A stretch of 64,000 nt of DNA from Longimicrobiales bacterium (GTDB lineage Bacteria; Gemmatimonadota; Gemmatimonadetes; Longimicrobiales; Gaopeijiaceae), in assembly GCA_965218255.1 (NCBI GenBank), contig CBDCKJ010000002.1, positions 297,288 through 361,287 on the forward strand, given 5' to 3'. The translations under genes were made by a program, and so were the position numbers. Below the pieces are notes generated by a model. That model did not search any database. It saw nothing but the letters and a program-made list of their open reading frames with translations, and was not told the DNA's origin. Numbering within the stretch: the stretch's first letter is position 1; the number at the start of each line of letters is the position of its first letter. Of the stretch, positions 61,708 to 64,000 are shown in pieces.

Positions 61708-62613
61708 ATGAAGCGAGCAACGAGGGGTCATCTTCAGGCACTCGAGAACGAGGCGATCCACGTCTTCCGGGAGGTCGCGGCCCAGTTCGAGCGTCCCGTC
61801 CTCCTCTTTTCGGGGGGGAAGGACTCGATCGTCATGGCGTGGCTCGCCGACAAGGCCTTTCGCCCCGCACCAGTCCCCTTCCCGCTCCTGCACATCGATA
61901 CGGGTCATAACTTCGCGGAGGCGATCGAGTTCCGGGACCGCTTCGCGGAGGAGACGGGGCTCGAACTCATCGTGAGGTACGTGCAGGACTCGATCGATCA
62001 GGGCCGGGTGCGCGAGGAGGAGGGCCCGGAAGCGAGCCGAAACGCCCTCCAGACCGTGACGCTTCTCGATGCGATCCGCGAGCTCGGAGCGGACGCCGCG
62101 CTCGGTGGCGCCCGCCGCGACGAGGAGAAGGCGCGCGCGAAGGAGCGCTTCTTCTCGCACCGGGACCGTTTCGGGCAGTGGGACCCGAGGAATCAGCGCC
62201 CCGAACTCTGGAACCTCTACAACGGGCGCAATACCCGGGGCGAACACTTTCGCGTCTTTCCCCTGTCGAACTGGACGGAGCTGGATGTCTGGCAGTACGT
62301 CCATCTTGAAGGCGTCCCGATCCCCGCTCTCTACCTTTCCCACGAGCGGGACGTCGTGGAGCGAGACGGGATCATCCTCGCAGCGACCCCCTTCATCGAG
62401 CTCTTCGAGGGGGAGGAGGTCCGCCGGGAGAGGGTGCGCTTCCGAACGGTCGGAGATGCCACGTGCACGGGCGCGGTGCCCTCGGCGGCTGCCTCCGTCG
62501 AGGCGGTCATCGCGGAGGTGGCGTCGGCTCGGGTGACGGAGCGGGGGAGGCGGGTGGACGACCGCCGCTCCGATGCAGCGATGGAGGAGAGGAAGAGGGG
62601 AGGGTACTTCTGA
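61708..62613 (+). CDS. cysD: sulfate adenylyltransferase subunit 2
   Basis: Internal ATG (residue 69) of ORF 61504-62613. MKRATRGHLQALENEAIHVFREVAAQFERPVLLFSGGKDS (PP-loop). Confidence 0.92.
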   Translation: MKRATRGHLQALENEAIHVFREVAAQFERPVLLFSGGKDSIVMAWLADKAFRPAPVPFPLLHIDTGHNFAEAIEFRDRFAEETGLELIVRYVQDSIDQGRVREEEGPEASRNALQTVTLLDAIRELGADAALGGARRDEEKARAKERFFSHRDRFGQWDPRNQRPELWNLYNGRNTRGEHFRVFPLSNWTELDVWQYVHLEGVPIPALYLSHERDVVERDGIILAATPFIELFEGEEVRRERVRFRTVGDATCTGAVPSAAASVEAVIAEVASARVTERGRRVDDRRSDAAMEERKRGGYF

Positions 62614-64000
62614 TGGCGCCCGGCCCCTATGAGGAGATGGATCTTCTCCGGTTCACGACGGCCGGGAGCGTCGACGACGGGAAGAGCACCCTGATCGGGC
62701 GGCTCCTCCACGACACCAGGTCCATCTTCGCCGATCAGCTCGACGAGATCGAGGGCGCGACCCGAAGGCTTGGGGAGGCGGGAGTGAACCTCGCCCTCCT
62801 CACCGATGGCCTTCGGGCCGAACGCGAGCAGAAGATCACGATCGACGTCGCCTACCGCTACTTTGCGACCCCGCGCCGGAAGTTCATCATCGCCGATACG
62901 CCGGGGCACGTGCAGTACACCCGGAACATGGTGACGGGCGCCTCCACGGCCGAGCTCGCCGTCGTCCTGATCGATGCCCGCCGGGGCGTTCTCACGCAGT
63001 CGAAGCGCCACGCCTTCATCACGTCCCTCCTCGGGATCCCGCACGTCGTCGTCGCCGTCAACAAGATGGATCTGGTGGACTACTCGGAAGAGGCATATGA
63101 CGAGATCCGCTCGGACTTCGGCGACTTCTCGACGAAACTCACCGTGAAGGACATCTCCTACGTCCCGATCAGCGCGCTTCACGGAGATAACGTCGTCTCG
63201 CGGTCGAAGCGGATGGCGTGGTACAAGGGGGGCTCGCTGCTCCACAAGCTCGAGACCGCGAGCCTCGGGGCCAGGCGGAACCAGATCGACTTCCGCTTCC
63301 CCGTGCAGCATGTCCTTCGGCCCCACCAGGGATTCCGGGGGTACGCGGGAAGCGTCGCCTCCGGCCGCGTCTCCCCGGGGGAGGAAATCGTTGTCCTCCC
63401 CTCGGGTACGGAGACTCGCATCCAAACGATCCACGCCCCGAACGGTCCCGTCGACCAGGCGCTCGCCGGGGATGCGATCGTTGTCACGACGGACGACGAG
63501 CTCGACATCTCGCGGGGCGACATGATCGTCCGGCGGCGCAACCTCCCGACGATCGCCGACCGCTTCGAGGCGTACCTCTGCTGGATGAGCGAGGAGGGGA
63601 TGGAGGTCGGAAGGGCGTACCGCCTCCTCCACGCGATGCAGTGGGTACTGGCGTACGTGGATCGGATCGAGTACCGCGTCGACGTAGACACCCTCCACCG
63701 CGAGCCGGCCCGCGTCCTCGACCTGAATGAGATCGGCCGCGTCGAGATCACGACCTCGCGTCCCCTCTTCTTCGACTCATACCGGGTGAATTCGGCTACG
63801 GGAAGCTTCGTCCTCGTCGATCGGGACACGAACGCGACGGTGGCGGCCGGGATGATCCGCGGGAGGGTGCGCCGCCTCGGGGACGCAGGAGTACGGCCAC
63901 GGCCGCCTGCCCGGAGCAAGTCGGCCCACGTCGTCTGGGAGGCGGTGAACGTTTCGAGGGAGGAGCGGGAAGCGGGGACGGGACACAGGCCGCTCGTCCT
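62613..64000 (+). CDS. cysN: sulfate adenylyltransferase subunit 1 fused to APS kinase (CysNC), 3' end outside window
   Basis: Not in the ORF track because no stop lies in the window. By hand the frame is open from ATG 62613, which overlaps the cysD stop by 1 nt. GTPase motifs GSVDDGKST, DTPGH and NKMD. The last 25 codons (HVVWEAVNVSREEREAGTGHRPLV) look like the start of an APS-kinase domain. Confidence 0.85.
   Translation, partial: MAPGPYEEMDLLRFTTAGSVDDGKSTLIGRLLHDTRSIFADQLDEIEGATRRLGEAGVNLALLTDGLRAEREQKITIDVAYRYFATPRRKFIIADTPGHVQYTRNMVTGASTAELAVVLIDARRGVLTQSKRHAFITSLLGIPHVVVAVNKMDLVDYSEEAYDEIRSDFGDFSTKLTVKDISYVPISALHGDNVVSRSKRMAWYKGGSLLHKLETASLGARRNQIDFRFPVQHVLRPHQGFRGYAGSVASGRVSPGEEIVVLPSGTETRIQTIHAPNGPVDQALAGDAIVVTTDDELDISRGDMIVRRRNLPTIADRFEAYLCWMSEEGMEVGRAYRLLHAMQWVLAYVDRIEYRVDVDTLHREPARVLDLNEIGRVEITTSRPLFFDSYRVNSATGSFVLVDRDTNATVAAGMIRGRVRRLGDAGVRPRPPARSKSAHVVWEAVNVSREEREAGTGHRPLV

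Overview
High-GC bacterial chromosome segment dominated by the core translation and transcription loci. In order it holds the cysS 3' end, a tRNA-Thr/Tyr/Gly/Thr cluster plus tuf, and rpmG-secE-nusG-rplKAJL-rpoBC. A block of about 22.7 kb follows. After it come rpsL-rpsG-fusA-tuf, the complete S10/spc/alpha ribosomal-protein superoperon (rpsJ to rplQ), rpmB, a hemD-like gene, a nucleotide-sugar dehydrogenase and cysQ-cysD-cysNC (truncated at the window end). The intervening block (14.6-37.2 kb) carries a TorF-like porin, an MBL-fold hydrolase, a badly decayed SusD-like pseudogene and a GAF-type sigma-54 activator next to amtB-glnK-glnA. It also carries a minus-strand leuA-leuB-ilvC-ilvE-leuC-leuD-pheA operon, an unassigned coding remnant and two adjacent IS elements sitting just upstream of the rpsL promoter. 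I found no rRNA, CRISPR array, toxin-antitoxin pair or recognisable defence module, and I cannot support a claim of a novel multi-gene system. The strongest unexplained signals are regulatory. (1) The same architecture, two CTAC-N6-GTAG dyads 29 bp apart about 100 bp upstream of a near-consensus sigma-54 promoter, precedes both the porin gene and amtB, pointing to a small nitrogen regulon probably driven by the adjacent GAF-AAA+-HTH activator. (2) A leader of about 280 nt upstream of leuA has a sigma-70-like promoter, mutually exclusive hairpins and a clean intrinsic terminator, with no obvious leader peptide. Other points: the two tuf copies look nucleotide-identical over 1,224 bp, rpoB carries a C-terminal insertion of roughly 130-150 aa, and a G11 tract lies in the rpsL 5' region. 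Many long antisense or out-of-frame ORFs in the track are high-GC artefacts. Coordinates of non-ORF features were read by hand and cross-checked against ORF-track frames, so expect errors of +/-1-3 nt.
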